NCBI GenBank assembly: GCA_903897765.1
Contig: CAIUCY010000073.1
Location: 1-37,534 of the forward strand
Origin: an uncultured Candidatus Marinamargulisbacteria bacterium
GTDB taxonomy: Bacteria; Margulisbacteria; Riflemargulisbacteria; GWF2-35-9
Reading direction: 5' to 3'
Length of the DNA stretch: 37,534 bases
Under the pieces are notes generated by a model. That model searched no databases. It saw nothing but the letters and a program-made list of their open reading frames with translations, and was not told where the DNA came from. Of this stretch, positions 8,947-20,331 are shown piece after piece. Numbering within the stretch: position 1 is the stretch's first letter; each line of letters starts with the position of its first letter. The translations under genes were made by a program, and so were the position numbers.

Positions 8947-11900
8947 TAGTATCGTTTGTTGTTCGTCTGTCCTGTCTGATAAGCTTTTAAATTGTATGGT
9001 CATCGCATTAGCTAATGCTAGAGATAGTTGCGCAGGCAAACCCCATCCTGCTTGTCGAAACTGGCTAAAATAAAGTGTATAGCATATCCATTGGTTCGGC
9101 AGTGGATGGATCGGGTACAAAAAGTCGTCATAATCGGTAACCACCGAGGATGTCGCCGCAATAACCACCCCAATTGGTGCATTCGTTTGTGTTTTTATCC
9201 AAAAACGCAGCCCTTTATACGACGATAAATCCATCAATTGATGATGCTGCCTCAAGTCGATGTAGGCCATGGCTTGAGGACCTACAACTCCTGATAGGAC
9301 GCCTAATGTATAGGAAAAAGACAAAACATGACTATCCAATAATCCTTGAGATTGTCGTGAAATATTGGCCAGTGTCCCAGAATTTTGTGACAAAGCCCCC
9401 CAGTCCGTACTAAATTCTGAAAGAAGCCTTGAATCAGGAAATTCAAAGTTGTCGATTTTTGTTGTCGATCCTTGGTTAAGTTCAAGATAGAGTATCGCTC
9501 CATAATACCCTGTTCTGGCTGACTGTTTATCAACAACAAGCCCTAAATGATAGGCGCCCAAGGCTACGGGGTTCTGGCCTCTAAGCAATACCGATGATGT
9601 CGTATCTTGACGATCATATATGTCGAGCCATGCAGCATTGGGTGAAGACGGAAAACTAATCACATTTGTGGTTAGCAACATTTTTACTGGAAGGACTTGC
9701 AAGATATTTCCCGATGCGTCCTTTCGTGCCAATCCAGCAGATCCTGACTCCGAAACGACTTGATCCGAAAACGCTCGAATATTCCATGAGGGATCGGCTG
9801 CACTCATTTGGATAGCATTGGTAACCGTAAAATAAACAAATCGAGCTGAAGAGGACACGTTCCCCATTGAAATATTAAGGGTGAGTTGAGACAGGTAGTC
9901 TCCTGAATAGGGATAAAATATGCTTGTGTTCCCTAAATCCGTTTGCCAACTTCCATAGGTATTTTTCTTGGCATCGATCGCATTCCAGTTCGTGGCTACA
10001 TTACCCGTACCCCAATTACAGCTGATGACATAACTTAGAGTAATACTCATCACCGACCCCGTCACAGAGTACTCCCAAGAAGCATCCTTAATGGCTTGGT
10101 TGGGATTATTTACGATCGATAGCGAAGGCCACAATGCTTTCGGAAGCGAGAACTGAACCGCCCCCCCCCCAGTGCCACTGTAGACCTGAGCAATATCCAC
10201 CGTGCTAATATAACTGCCTCCTGCCGTTGAGTTGAGTCGCAAAGCAACATGATTAATGGATTTGTTGTGAAGTCGAGTTGAAACAGCCCCTGAAACATAG
10301 CTGGGCGCTACCCCGGGATTAACCAAATCCGTCAAAACATTAGGCATCGCCCCCGTAATAAGTAGGGCAGACAAAAGGCCTAGACTTTGGCCAAAATAAT
10401 CATATTTGCCTGCCGTATCGTAATCAACCGCTAAGAAAGAATATTTTTCGCTATATGAATAATTTAAATACCCATCAAATACTGTTTTCCAGTTACTTAT
10501 ATAGTTGCCGTCACCACTCCCCAAAGCACCGGCTCCCATCATGGCAATAAGCGGCAAATTCGGGCCATACAGATCATTCCCGTTCAGATCCATAAATTTT
10601 ATTGAGGCCAAAGTTTTATTCGCCCCAATATAGTTGCTGGCATTGGTTAAAAAGGCTTGCGCTTTCGGTTCATTAAACCATATTTTATCTGTAGCTAACC
10701 GCCAATAGGTTCTAATGGCGTCCCATGCCATGGTATAACCGTTCCCCCCGCTTTGTTCTCCCCAACTGTTACTCCAGTCGGGTACAAGCCCTTTCGAATA
10801 TCCAGGATTAGACGAAATCGTTGAGTAACCTTGTGCGATCACGGGATTCCAATCATGATTTTGATTCTCATAGAGCAAATAATTCTTGTACCATGCAGGA
10901 GAAAAATACGATGAATTGGTTAAGAGACGTCCCCCATTATAATAGTCGCCTAGTCGTATATATCGACTGAACTCCAGATCATTCTTGATATATTGATGGA
11001 TGAGTGTCTGCGCTTTAGTTGAGTAACTATACCCTGTGTTCGTCCAAAAGCCCTTCTGTACTAAAATGTCGGCAAACATTAACGCCGTGGCAACATCACC
11101 ATCAGCATCCGTGGCAGAATGGGGATCGGCTACCGTTCCATTGGCACTCACTTTCCAGGCGAGAAGATTGGTTGCCCCAGACGTCGCCATGATCGTCCAT
11201 GTTTTATTCAGCAATTGGTCAAAAAAAGGTTGATCGTTCATGAATATCGCGATAAGAAGCCCATATCCTGAGGCTTCCGAGGTGGCATAATCTAACGCAT
11301 CTTGTTGTGAAGAGCTTCCTTTCCCTGGATCAAAAATGAGGCCATAAGCTGAAGAGGACACAACCCCCTGATACTTTTCAACAAATTGATACTTATACCC
11401 CTTCCAAAGGTGTTGAATTTCTCGGCGATAATTGGCCATACTTGGATAGGCCCCAGCACTGAGATTCCCCGATGCCACCAAGCGATCGATCAATAAGGTA
11501 TTAAAGGTTGATGTAACATCAGTTTGATCAAAAAAAATATTTCTGACCGATATTTGATGGAGAACTCCGGATGAGGCATCAACAGGGTTATACTGGATCT
11601 GCTTAACTCTTGTCATATCGATCCCTTGAAAGGAATCAAGGTTGATCTCAATGGTTTTATATTGTGTCGCACTTAAATCATCAATATGATATCGTTTCGA
11701 CTTAACACCATTAACCGTTGAATCATCAATTAAAAATAAATCCACCTTGCCTGTATCACTCTTAATATCGAGGAGAAGTCGCTTGTAGTTTTTTAAGTTA
11801 ACAACAGTCCAATTAACATCAAAGGGATGATTAATCCAAGCCCAACCACTTGGCAAAAAGTTATAGGTAATAAACATTTCTGTTGAGGAATTAACAAAGG

Positions 11901-12033
11901 TTCCAAAAGTGCTACCCGAACTTGTGCCTCCATACGGTACCCCTGTGACAAAATAGACTGGAAATGTGCTTGCGAAAACTGAAGCATTAACAAATAAAAA
12001 GAAAATGGCTAACCGCAACCACATGGTTTTCAT
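8923..12033 (-). CDS. Secreted multidomain glycoside hydrolase family 8 with N- and C-terminal carbohydrate-binding-like domains
   Basis: Signal peptide (MKTMWLRLAIFFLFVNASVFA). GH8 motifs TSEASGYGLL, SATDAD, SYFSPAWY, WDAIRTYWR. C-terminal CBM11/CIA30-like DLSSYKGLRFWIK...LDEIELF. Confidence 0.82.
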   Translation of the reverse strand: MKTMWLRLAIFFLFVNASVFASTFPVYFVTGVPYGGTSSGSTFGTFVNSSTEMFITYNFLPSGWAWINHPFDVNWTVVNLKNYKRLLLDIKSDTGKVDLFLIDDSTVNGVKSKRYHIDDLSATQYKTIEINLDSFQGIDMTRVKQIQYNPVDASSGVLHQISVRNIFFDQTDVTSTFNTLLIDRLVASGNLSAGAYPSMANYRREIQHLWKGYKYQFVEKYQGVVSSSAYGLIFDPGKGSSSQQDALDYATSEASGYGLLIAIFMNDQPFFDQLLNKTWTIMATSGATNLLAWKVSANGTVADPHSATDADGDVATALMFADILVQKGFWTNTGYSYSTKAQTLIHQYIKNDLEFSRYIRLGDYYNGGRLLTNSSYFSPAWYKNYLLYENQNHDWNPVIAQGYSTISSNPGYSKGLVPDWSNSWGEQSGGNGYTMAWDAIRTYWRLATDKIWFNEPKAQAFLTNASNYIGANKTLASIKFMDLNGNDLYGPNLPLIAMMGAGALGSGDGNYISNWKTVFDGYLNYSYSEKYSFLAVDYDTAGKYDYFGQSLGLLSALLITGAMPNVLTDLVNPGVAPSYVSGAVSTRLHNKSINHVALRLNSTAGGSYISTVDIAQVYSGTGGGAVQFSLPKALWPSLSIVNNPNQAIKDASWEYSVTGSVMSITLSYVISCNWGTGNVATNWNAIDAKKNTYGSWQTDLGNTSIFYPYSGDYLSQLTLNISMGNVSSSARFVYFTVTNAIQMSAADPSWNIRAFSDQVVSESGSAGLARKDASGNILQVLPVKMLLTTNVISFPSSPNAAWLDIYDRQDTTSSVLLRGQNPVALGAYHLGLVVDKQSARTGYYGAILYLELNQGSTTKIDNFEFPDSRLLSEFSTDWGALSQNSGTLANISRQSQGLLDSHVLSFSYTLGVLSGVVGPQAMAYIDLRQHHQLMDLSSYKGLRFWIKTQTNAPIGVVIAATSSVVTDYDDFLYPIHPLPNQWICYTLYFSQFRQAGWGLPAQLSLALANAMTIQFKSLSDRTDEQQTILLDEIELF
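10161..10170. repeat. C10/G10 homopolymer inside the GH8 gene
   Basis: Ten consecutive C on the plus strand, encoding T-G-G-G-A on the minus strand. Confidence 0.9.
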
Positions 12034-12061
12034 TGTAAACCTACCCTGCGGATAAATATAT

Positions 12062-13168
12062 CTAAATTAGCGCTAACCTTGTTTTTGTGTCAAACAAATG
12101 CAGATTCTTTAAGTAAAAACCAAGTTCAACTTTTTGTCCTAGCTTAAATTCAAAGGCAGGATCCACTTCAGCCAAGAACTTCGCTTTACCAATCGAGCAA
12201 TGTAAGAAAGTCTGAGGGCCAAGCAACTCGGCGAAGTCTATCTTGGCGAGAACTTTCTCTTCAGTATACTTCTTTCGCAATGCCTTTTGGTAATCGACAA
12301 TATCTTCTGGGCGAATCCCTAAAGTAACGTCGGTTCCTACCACTTTTTTAAATTCATCAGCAAGCGCTTCGGGTAAACTTAGCTCAAAATCCGCATTCTG
12401 AAAGGTGAACCCTGTTTTAGCTTTAATGATCGTTCCTTCAAAAAAGTTCATTGAGGGTGAGCCGATAAATCCAGCAACGAATGTTGTTCGTGGCTTTGAA
12501 TACACATTGAGGGGCGCGTCAAACTGCTGAATGATCCCCTCATCCATCACACAAATTCGCGACCCTAATGTCATGGCCTCGACTTGGTCGTGTGTAACAT
12601 AAACAAACGTTGTATTTAATTTTTCGTGAAGATTCTTGATCTCTCCTCGTGTTTGGACACGAAGTTTGGCGTCTAAATTAGAAAGAGGCTCATCCATCAA
12701 AAAGACCTGTGGATGACGAACGATAGCACGGCCAAGTGCCACGCGCTGCCGTTGTCCACCTGAGAGTTGTTTGGGTTTTCGTTCTAATAGTTTGTTTAGC
12801 CCTAAAATCTCCGATGCTTCATCAACCCTTTGTTGGATAAGATGTTTGGGTTGACGTCGGATCTTCAGCGCAAATTCCATGTTTTCACGAACGGTCATGT
12901 GAGGGTAAAGCGCATAGCTTTGAAAAACCATCGCAATATCTCTTTCCTTCGGGGGTATCCATGTAACATCTTGATCGCCAATAAAGATATTGCCGGCTGT
13001 AACTTCTTCTAGCCCAGCGATCATGCGAAGAGTCGTTGTTTTTCCACAACCTGAAGGACCCACCAAAACAACAAACTCCCCTGGGGCGATATCTAGATCG
13101 ATGCCTTTTACAACCTCAACCTTACCAAAATTTTTTACGACTTTACGCAGCGAAACTCCAGCGGTCAT
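12062..13168 (-). CDS. Carbohydrate ABC transporter ATP-binding protein (MalK/MsmX/UgpC family)
   Basis: [41 protein letters not shown]-terminal GIRPED TOBE region. Confidence 0.95.
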   Translation of the reverse strand: MTAGVSLRKVVKNFGKVEVVKGIDLDIAPGEFVVLVGPSGCGKTTTLRMIAGLEEVTAGNIFIGDQDVTWIPPKERDIAMVFQSYALYPHMTVRENMEFALKIRRQPKHLIQQRVDEASEILGLNKLLERKPKQLSGGQRQRVALGRAIVRHPQVFLMDEPLSNLDAKLRVQTRGEIKNLHEKLNTTFVYVTHDQVEAMTLGSRICVMDEGIIQQFDAPLNVYSKPRTTFVAGFIGSPSMNFFEGTIIKAKTGFTFQNADFELSLPEALADEFKKVVGTDVTLGIRPEDIVDYQKALRKKYTEEKVLAKIDFAELLGPQTFLHCSIGKAKFLAEVDPAFEFKLGQKVELGFYLKNLHLFDTKTRLALI

Positions 13169-13623
13169 TGTAGCTGCCTCTTTAGGTCGCTCATTTCGAG
13201 TGCACTCACGGCAGCCTCCCAGCCTTTGTTGCCGGACTTTGATCCTGCGCGTTCGATAGCCTGTTCTATATTATCCGTTGTTAACACACCAAAAATAACC
13301 GGCATCTTAGCAGACACCGCTACACTAGCCACGCCACGAGATACTTGGGATGAAACATAATCAAAATGGGGGGTTGCGCCTCGAATGACTGCGCCTAAAC
13401 AAATAATAGCATCAAAGGGTTTGTCGACAATACTGTTCAAAATATAAGGGATCTCAAAGGCACCGGGCACCTTGTAAACCGTGATATCCTTTTCGGACAC
13501 ATCATGACGAACAAGTGCGTCAATAGCACCTTCCAATAACTTTGAGCCCACAAATTCGTTAAATCGGCTCCAAATTATCGCGATCTTCTTGTCTTTTCCG
13601 GTGATTTTTCCTTCAATGATCAT
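13165..13623 (-). CDS. ribH: 6,7-dimethyl-8-ribityllumazine synthase
   Basis: [33 protein letters not shown]; SD GGAGG. Confidence 0.97.
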   Translation of the reverse strand: MIIEGKITGKDKKIAIIWSRFNEFVGSKLLEGAIDALVRHDVSEKDITVYKVPGAFEIPYILNSIVDKPFDAIICLGAVIRGATPHFDYVSSQVSRGVASVAVSAKMPVIFGVLTTDNIEQAIERAGSKSGNKGWEAAVSALEMSDLKRQLQ

Positions 13624-13659
13624 GGGCCGCCTCCGTTAAAGTGAGTTTATTATAGGGGT

Positions 13660-14868
13660 TCATTTCAGATTTAGTAAATGACCCATTTTGCTTTTCTTGG
13701 TTTCTAGGTATCGTCCACTGAACTCGGTCGGAGCGATCTCTACCGGAATACGATCCACGATCTCGATACCAAACCCGCTAAGTGCCACGATTTTTTTAGG
13801 ATTATTGGTAATTAAACGAATGGACTTTAGCCCTAGATCATAAAGGATTTGAGCCCCAACTCCATAGTCTCGCAAATCTTCCTCAAACCCAAGATCAACA
13901 TTCGCCTGAACGGTATCTCGGCCTTGCTCTTGGAGCCTATACGCCTTTAATTTATTAACAAGACCTATCCCTCGACCCTCTTGTTTGAGGTAAACAAGTA
14001 CTCCCGTCCCCTCCTTAGCTATCATCCGAAGGGCGGCCTCGAGTTGTGCTCGACAATCGCAACGAAGCGAATGAAAGACATCTCCTGTTAAGCATTCTGA
14101 GTGGATCCGAACCATGACGTCGTTTTTATTGGTAATATCGCCCATGACAAGGGCTATTTCTTCGCCACCCCCGATTTGATCGCGATAGCCATACCCTCGA
14201 AAGGTTCCAAATTCCGTTGGCAGGGTAATGTCCACTTCGCGAAGGACAAAACGTTCGCGTTGCAACTTGTACTGGATCAACGCCTCGATGGTGATGATCT
14301 TTAAATGATGCTTTTTAATAAAGGGCTCTAAGTCTTTAACCCGAGCCATTTCGCCATTTTCTTTAATGATCTCACAAATAACACCCGCTTCGAGCAGCCC
14401 CGCCATTCGTGCTAAGTCAACCGAAGCCTCGGTATGGCCAGCGCGTTTAAGAACGCCCCCTTCTTTTGCAATAAGAGGAAAAACGTGTCCAGGCTGAACA
14501 AGGTCTTCAGCTTTACTTTGAGGATTAATGGCAAGTTGTATCGTTTTTGCTCGGTCTGCCGCACTGATCCCTGTGGTTACACCATGTATCGGCGCCCCGT
14601 CAATACTAGCGGTAAACGCCGTTCGCATGGACTCAGTGTTATGGGTGACCATTTCCTTTAACCCGATCCGTGTGGCCATTTTTTCGGTCATGGGCAAACA
14701 AACGAGTCCTCGACCGTGAGTGATCATAAAGTTAATGGCTTCCGCCGTTACAAATTGCGCTGCCATGACCAGATCGCCTTCGTTTTCGCGATCTTCGTCA
14801 TCCACAACGACGATCATGTGACCGTTGGCTAGATCGTTGATCGCCTCTTCTATTGTATTAAAATCCAT
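13660..14868 (-). CDS. ribBA: Bifunctional DHBP synthase / GTP cyclohydrolase II
   Basis: [38 protein letters not shown]. Confidence 0.97.
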   Translation of the reverse strand: MDFNTIEEAINDLANGHMIVVVDDEDRENEGDLVMAAQFVTAEAINFMITHGRGLVCLPMTEKMATRIGLKEMVTHNTESMRTAFTASIDGAPIHGVTTGISAADRAKTIQLAINPQSKAEDLVQPGHVFPLIAKEGGVLKRAGHTEASVDLARMAGLLEAGVICEIIKENGEMARVKDLEPFIKKHHLKIITIEALIQYKLQRERFVLREVDITLPTEFGTFRGYGYRDQIGGGEEIALVMGDITNKNDVMVRIHSECLTGDVFHSLRCDCRAQLEAALRMIAKEGTGVLVYLKQEGRGIGLVNKLKAYRLQEQGRDTVQANVDLGFEEDLRDYGVGAQILYDLGLKSIRLITNNPKKIVALSGFGIEIVDRIPVEIAPTEFSGRYLETKKSKMGHLLNLK

Positions 14869-15499
14869 GATTCCTTAAAAACTCCTCGCTTAGATTGCTG
14901 GTAGGGACTTGCTTTGCCTCGAGGTAATGATACACGTATTTGCCTAGTATATCCACCTCTAGATTAACAATTTCCCCAACACGAAAGCGCCCAATAATGG
15001 TATCACTGAGTGTCGTTGGGATAATTGAAACGCTTAGGGTGTTCGGCGTAACGTTCACTAGGGTAAGGCTTACGCCGCTCAGCGTTATCGATCCCTTGGG
15101 CACACAATATCGCGTGACTGTGTCGGGGGCATCAAGGGTTATTATTGTATAGCCTTGTGACGGCTGAATTTGTTTGATGATCCCCGTTCCATCTACATGA
15201 CCTTGAACCCAATGGCCGCCCATCGATTCGCCTGCCCGAAGTGCAGGCTCTGCGTTAACTGCTTGCCCCACACGAAGCGATTTAAGCATTGAATGGTCAA
15301 GGGTTTCGCGCATTACATCAAAACGTACCGATTGATTAGTGAGGGTCGTCACCGTCAGACAAACCCCGTTTATGGCGATACTATCCCCTCGTTTAACGAG
15401 TTTTGATAGTTGAGGCAAAGATACACGCAGCGCCATCGACTCCTCAGATGAAGATAACTGCTCGATGGTGCCTATTTCTTGAATGATCCCTGTAAACAT
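14858..15499 (-). CDS. ribE: Riboflavin synthase
   Basis: N-terminal [34 protein letters not shown]. Confidence 0.96.
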   Translation of the reverse strand: MFTGIIQEIGTIEQLSSSEESMALRVSLPQLSKLVKRGDSIAINGVCLTVTTLTNQSVRFDVMRETLDHSMLKSLRVGQAVNAEPALRAGESMGGHWVQGHVDGTGIIKQIQPSQGYTIITLDAPDTVTRYCVPKGSITLSGVSLTLVNVTPNTLSVSIIPTTLSDTIIGRFRVGEIVNLEVDILGKYVYHYLEAKQVPTSNLSEEFLRNHGF

Positions 15500-15924
15500 T
15501 AGTCCGCGACTTCCTTTTGCAAGCTCTCTCGGTTCTTAGCAATGCCGCCCAATATCCCGTTCACAAATTTTATGGCTTCATAAACACTATACTTGGCGAT
15601 CAATTCGATAGCCTCGGCAATGACCACCTTAACAGAGCTGTCGGTAAAAAGAAGTTCCCAGATAGCAACACGCAAGATAGCCTTATCGATATGGGCAATA
15701 CGATCTATTTTCCAGTCGATCGAATAGGTGACAATGAGGTTATTAATAAAAGCATCGTGCGCTATCACGCCTGCAAAAATAGCGGCAGCAAAATCTCGAG
15801 TATCGGGAATAAAATCGTGATCGTCTAAGGTGTACGCAATGATCTCGTCTGCATGGCCTTTTTGGATCTGGTATTGATACAACGCCTGCATCGCAAGTTT
15901 TCTTGCTGTTGTTCGCTTGCCCAT
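15499..15924 (-). CDS. nusB: Transcription antitermination factor NusB
   Basis: RTTARKLAMQALYQ, DKAILR, FVNGILG. Confidence 0.95.
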   Translation of the reverse strand: MGKRTTARKLAMQALYQYQIQKGHADEIIAYTLDDHDFIPDTRDFAAAIFAGVIAHDAFINNLIVTYSIDWKIDRIAHIDKAILRVAIWELLFTDSSVKVVIAEAIELIAKYSVYEAIKFVNGILGGIAKNRESLQKEVAD

Positions 15925-15942
15925 AAAATCAAGTTCCTTCGC

Positions 15943-17298
15943 TTATTCGCCTAATAGCGCACTTAAATGATTCTCGATGTAGTTCGTATAAACCTCACCG
16001 TTTTGAAAATCTCTCTCGTCGAGCAATCGCAGATGGAACGGAATTACCGTTTTCACCCCATCGATAATAAATTCATTCAGCGCACGTCTGGCTCGAGCGA
16101 TCACTTCGGCTCTATCTTTGCCGGTCACGATCAACTTTGCTAACATCGAGTCATAGTTTGGTGGGACTTTATAGCCTGCATAAAGATGGCTATCTACGCG
16201 AACACCCGGACCACCTGGGGGCAAATATAGAATAACCTCCCCCGGACTGGGCATAAAGTTCTTGAAGGGATCTTCGGCGTTAATGCGAAACTCTATCGCA
16301 TGTCCGGTGATGGTAATGTCTTTTTGCTTGTAGGATAACTTCTCACCCATGGCCACCATGATTTGCTCTTTCAGTAAATCAACACCCGTGACTTGTTCGG
16401 TCACAGAATGCTCCACTTGAATACGTGTGTTCATTTCCATAAAATAAAACTTTTTATTCACATCCAACAAAAACTCGATCGTTCCCGCCCCAACATATTT
16501 AATCGATTTAGCTGCTTTTACAGCTATGGCACCAATTTTTGTTCGGATCTCAGGCGTAAGTGCTATCGAGGGGGCTTCTTCCAGTAGTTTCTGGTGTCGA
16601 CGTTGCATCGAACAGTCCCGTTCACCAAAGTGAACCACATTGCCATATTTGTCCGCCATAAGCTGAACTTCGATATGACGGGGTTGTTCGATAAATTTTT
16701 CCATATAGACATCTGGGTTTCCGAATGATGCAAGGGCCTCTGCAGACGCCATGGTAAAAAACTTTTTGAGTTCTTTCACATTGCGTGCCACGCGCATCCC
16801 TTTGCCCCCCCCACCCGAAACCGCTTTAATAATAACGGGGTAGCCGATCCGTTTGGCGATTTTTTCAGCATCCACGAGATCGGTCAACACGCCTTTGTTT
16901 CCGGGAATGACAGGAACCCCCGCCTTTTGCATGGTGACCTTGGCAACTGCTTTATCGCCCATCATCCGAATATTTTCAACAGTAGGACCAATAAAATTAA
17001 TGCCATGTGTTCGACACACCTCGGCAAAGTTGGCATTCTCAGACAAAAAGCCATAGCCCGGATGGATCGCATCAGCACCGGTCACTTCGGCCACGCTTAT
17101 AATGGCGGGAATGTTGAGATAGCTTTGAGATGAGGGCGCAGGGCCGATACAAAAGGCTTCGTCGGCCATTTTAACATGAAGCGAATCACGATCGGCTTCA
17201 GAGAAAACCGCCACCGACTGTATCCCTAGCTCTCGGCATGCTCGAATGACACGAACCGCAATTTCACCTCGATTAGCGATAAGAATTTTCTTAAACAC
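15943..17298 (-). CDS. accC: Biotin carboxylase subunit of acetyl-CoA carboxylase
   Basis: [47 protein letters not shown]. Start placed at GTG 17298 after GGAGG. Confidence 0.96.
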   Translation of the reverse strand: MFKKILIANRGEIAVRVIRACRELGIQSVAVFSEADRDSLHVKMADEAFCIGPAPSSQSYLNIPAIISVAEVTGADAIHPGYGFLSENANFAEVCRTHGINFIGPTVENIRMMGDKAVAKVTMQKAGVPVIPGNKGVLTDLVDAEKIAKRIGYPVIIKAVSGGGGKGMRVARNVKELKKFFTMASAEALASFGNPDVYMEKFIEQPRHIEVQLMADKYGNVVHFGERDCSMQRRHQKLLEEAPSIALTPEIRTKIGAIAVKAAKSIKYVGAGTIEFLLDVNKKFYFMEMNTRIQVEHSVTEQVTGVDLLKEQIMVAMGEKLSYKQKDITITGHAIEFRINAEDPFKNFMPSPGEVILYLPPGGPGVRVDSHLYAGYKVPPNYDSMLAKLIVTGKDRAEVIARARRALNEFIIDGVKTVIPFHLRLLDERDFQNGEVYTNYIENHLSALLGE

Positions 17299-17340
17299 GT
17301 TGAACCCTCCCGACACTTTAAGTTGAGTTAATGACGAGCA

Positions 17341-17349
17341 AGTATATCA
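17341..17349 (-). promoter_or_regulatory. Extended -10 (TGaTATACT) for the accC-nusB-rib operon
   Basis: TGATATACT on the minus strand, in the short intergenic region upstream of the accC SD. Confidence 0.5.
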
Positions 17350-17367
17350 CATTCCCTAAATATCTTG

Positions 17368-18573
17368 CTATGTTCGCAAACGGGAATCCACAAGCGAGCA
17401 CACCTCATCAACCGTAATGCTTTTCAGGCAAACGTTGTCATTGCACCTTGTTTTTCGGTGGTTCATTGCCGTTAAACAGGGACTGCACGTAAACGGGGCA
17501 TAGATCGCCACGGTTTTATCTGAAAGTGGTTTATAGAGTGCGGGGGTTTCGGGGCCAAAGAGAACCAGGTTATGAACAGGGATGAGGGATGCAAAATGAG
17601 CAGGCCCACTGTCGTTAGTCAAAAAGACATTGGCAAGGCTGAGCACATGAATTAGCTCGTTAAGGTTTTGGGTTTGACCGGTCAAATCAATAAGATTAGG
17701 GTCGTTATGGCATAACCCCCGAATAAAATCAGCATCTTCTTTGGCACTCGCTAACCCCACGATCACAACACGGGCGCGGCTCTTCGTAAGGGCATATTGC
17801 GCCACTCGGGCAAACGCTGCGTGCCCCCAGTTTCGGATAGGAAGAAGCTTGCCTGGGTTGGGATTTATAACCAAAATAGGCAGATCGCTGCCAATAATGT
17901 CTTTGAAGCGAGCTTCGATAGCTGTATCTGTCTTAAAAGGAGGAAGGCTCACCTTATAAGACGTCGTTGGTTTTCGAAGATAACTGTGCTCATCAAGGCA
18001 GAGCGCGTCCGCCAATGCCAAAAAATTATAGACCATATGAACATGCGGATTATAGTAGACATTGTGGGTCAACAGATTGCCTCGATACAATCCTTCATGG
18101 GTATATTTATAAAACCCTACACGGCAGGGGATATGGGCCATGTAGCTTAAAATCGAGGTAAACCGGCTAAAAAGCTCCAGATCAAGAACCACATCAAAGC
18201 GCGTTCTCCACGCCCGAAAAAGGAACCCGAATGTATCCTTCAAGAACGACATCAAGCCATCATCACGAATGACCCAAATATTTTGAGGGGGAATAATTCC
18301 CAGCAACTCAACGCTCTCTTTGTTTTTTTCAAAAATAAGAAAGGATAACGCGGCCTCGGGAAACGTCTCTTTCAGCTTTAATATCGCTGAATATGCGATC
18401 ACAGTCGACCCCATCTCCGACAGCTCTATAAGGAGTATCTTTCGCGGTGATCGTTGGGGTTTTGGGCGACGCACGTGTTGAAGAAGCGATATCAGCTTAC
18501 GATGAAGCGACAGAACGAAGCAAATCGGGATACCTATATATTTATCAACAAAGCGAACGGTTTCTATGTTCAT
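17368..18573 (-). CDS. Glycosyltransferase family 9 (LPS heptosyltransferase-like)
   Basis: LSEMGS, DLTGQT, NDSGPAHFAS, LFGPETP, Cys-rich CSPC...C...C tail. Start moved to ATG 18573 because the 15 upstream codons contain its promoter. Confidence 0.88.
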   Translation of the reverse strand: MNIETVRFVDKYIGIPICFVLSLHRKLISLLQHVRRPKPQRSPRKILLIELSEMGSTVIAYSAILKLKETFPEAALSFLIFEKNKESVELLGIIPPQNIWVIRDDGLMSFLKDTFGFLFRAWRTRFDVVLDLELFSRFTSILSYMAHIPCRVGFYKYTHEGLYRGNLLTHNVYYNPHVHMVYNFLALADALCLDEHSYLRKPTTSYKVSLPPFKTDTAIEARFKDIIGSDLPILVINPNPGKLLPIRNWGHAAFARVAQYALTKSRARVVIVGLASAKEDADFIRGLCHNDPNLIDLTGQTQNLNELIHVLSLANVFLTNDSGPAHFASLIPVHNLVLFGPETPALYKPLSDKTVAIYAPFTCSPCLTAMNHRKTRCNDNVCLKSITVDEVCSLVDSRLRT

Positions 18574-18585
18574 GTGAAGAACGAA

Positions 18586-18637
18586 AGCATACGAAGTAAC
18601 AGATTGATTGTCAAGCAAGCGGGGTTCTTGATAAGAT
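18586..18637. promoter_or_regulatory. Back-to-back divergent promoters with overlapping -35 hexamers (GT9 / ArnT-like)
   Basis: Minus: TTGACA(18614-18609)-N17-TATGCT(18591-18586). Plus: TTGTCA(18608-18613)-N18-TAAGAT(18632-18637) with TG extension. Confidence 0.65.
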
Positions 18638-18644
18638 TAAGCCC

Positions 18645-20183
18645 ATGCGAAATATCCTGCTTTTAGTCCTTCTGGGTGTTTTCTTGTTTATTGTGGGGAA
18701 CAATCAATTCACGATGTTTGATAATTCCGAAACCCATGGCTCGATGGTCGCAAGAGAAATTGTCACCCTTAAAGACCCCTTCACCATGCACTCGAATGGT
18801 AAACCTTGGTTTGTTCACCCTCCGTTGTCTTTCTGGCTTCAAAGTGCCACTTGTCAACTTTTCGGTTGGACCGATTTTAACTTGAGACTGAATGAAGCGA
18901 TTTTTGGGATCGTGGGGCTTATTGTCACTTTTATGATAGGGCGATTATTCTTGACTGAAGCTGTTGCACTTGCGGGCAGCCTTATCCTTGGCACCTCGAT
19001 GTACTATTTCGTCATTGCTCGAATGGCTATCTTTGACACGATACTCAACACCTTTATTCTGCTAGCGATCTATTTCTTTTTTAAGGCTTATTTAAACCCT
19101 CAAAAGAAAGGGCGTTATTTTTTGGGTTATGCTCTCGCCACGGTGCTTGCCGTTTTATCAAAGGGGCCGATCGGTTTGGTTCAACCTGGGATGATCATCG
19201 TCCCTTTTTTATTCTTCAAGAAAGACTTAAAATTTCTATGGGATAAACGCGTTGGGCTCAATTTCCTCTTATTCCTTGCACTAGCGAGCCCTTGGTATCT
19301 CTACGAGTTTTCCATTCATGGGATACAATTTTTTAATGTCGCATTGAAGGACTATACGTGGTTTCGCTTTTTCGGCGTGGTCGAAAGCCAGCCCGGCCCG
19401 TGGTATTACTATGTCTCCGCCCTTCTCTTTTTCTTTCCTTGGGTGTTTCATATCCCAAGCACACTCAAGTCGGGCTTGTCACACACCCCTCGTAATCGCG
19501 ATTTCTTTCTTTTTTCTTGGCTCTTTATTGGGATCTGTTTTGTCTTTTTTTCCTTTGCGGGAACCAAACAGCCCAATTACATCATCTCGATATTCCCCTT
19601 TCTATCGCTGCTGATGGCACAGTCCTTGTTTGAGACCACCTCAAAGCGTTGGGTGTTGGTTGAAGCGTTGCTTACGTTGCTATTCGCGCTCTTTCTGACT
19701 ATTGCGGTCACCAAAATGGCGTTACCCCCGATGTATATGGCTGACCGTCCACTGCTGATCTGGTTTTTTGGGATCCCTACGGTCACCGCACTCGTCGCCT
19801 TGGTGGGTTATGCTCGAAACAAGGCTCGGGGGCTCGTCACGGCTCACGTTTTAGGGACGATAGTCTGGCTATTCTTTATGACGTTTATTTTCTTCCCTGC
19901 TATCGATAAATATAAAGACAGCGAAACCTTTGTTAAGGCCATAAAAGCCGAAAAGATAACCAACTACACGCTGGTTAATTTCCATGGCTATAGCCCGTAT
20001 TTGATGTATTATTTGGATCGAGAGGTCAAACATTCCGACTCGCTTGACGAGATTATGCAGTTATTAAAACCATCCGGGGTCTATTATTTAATCGTTGGTA
20101 AATCGTTTAACGAAAAGATCAAGAACTTAAAGCACATTACCGACGGATATCATCAGTCCCTCTATCGGATAATCGTTCCCTAA
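18645..20183 (+). CDS. ArnT/PMT-family (GT83/GT39) multi-pass membrane glycosyltransferase
   Basis: DNSE motif, KPWFVHPPLSFWL, LSKGPIGL, PWY, KQPNYI, many hydrophobic segments. Confidence 0.88.
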   Translation: MRNILLLVLLGVFLFIVGNNQFTMFDNSETHGSMVAREIVTLKDPFTMHSNGKPWFVHPPLSFWLQSATCQLFGWTDFNLRLNEAIFGIVGLIVTFMIGRLFLTEAVALAGSLILGTSMYYFVIARMAIFDTILNTFILLAIYFFFKAYLNPQKKGRYFLGYALATVLAVLSKGPIGLVQPGMIIVPFLFFKKDLKFLWDKRVGLNFLLFLALASPWYLYEFSIHGIQFFNVALKDYTWFRFFGVVESQPGPWYYYVSALLFFFPWVFHIPSTLKSGLSHTPRNRDFFLFSWLFIGICFVFFSFAGTKQPNYIISIFPFLSLLMAQSLFETTSKRWVLVEALLTLLFALFLTIAVTKMALPPMYMADRPLLIWFFGIPTVTALVALVGYARNKARGLVTAHVLGTIVWLFFMTFIFFPAIDKYKDSETFVKAIKAEKITNYTLVNFHGYSPYLMYYLDREVKHSDSLDEIMQLLKPSGVYYLIVGKSFNEKIKNLKHITDGYHQSLYRIIVP

Positions 20184-20188
20184 ACGAT

Positions 20189-20314
20189 CTAAGCCTTCTT
20201 TAATATCTTTCCGGTAACACGAATAATCCGCTTAGCACCATAAAAACTATCTCCGAGCATCAGAAATCCGTTTTTGTGAGCGACGTTTAGCGTTTCTTTT
20301 CTGGCAGTAAACAT
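20189..20314 (-). CDS. Putative 41-aa basic small protein (MFTARKETLNVAHKNGFLMLGDSFYGAKRIIRVTGKILKKA)
   Basis: Strong SD AAGGGGAGGGG before ATG 20314. Fills the gap up to the convergent ArnT stop. Confidence 0.5.
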   Translation of the reverse strand: MFTARKETLNVAHKNGFLMLGDSFYGAKRIIRVTGKILKKA

Positions 20315-20331
20315 TTGGTCATCCCCTCCCC

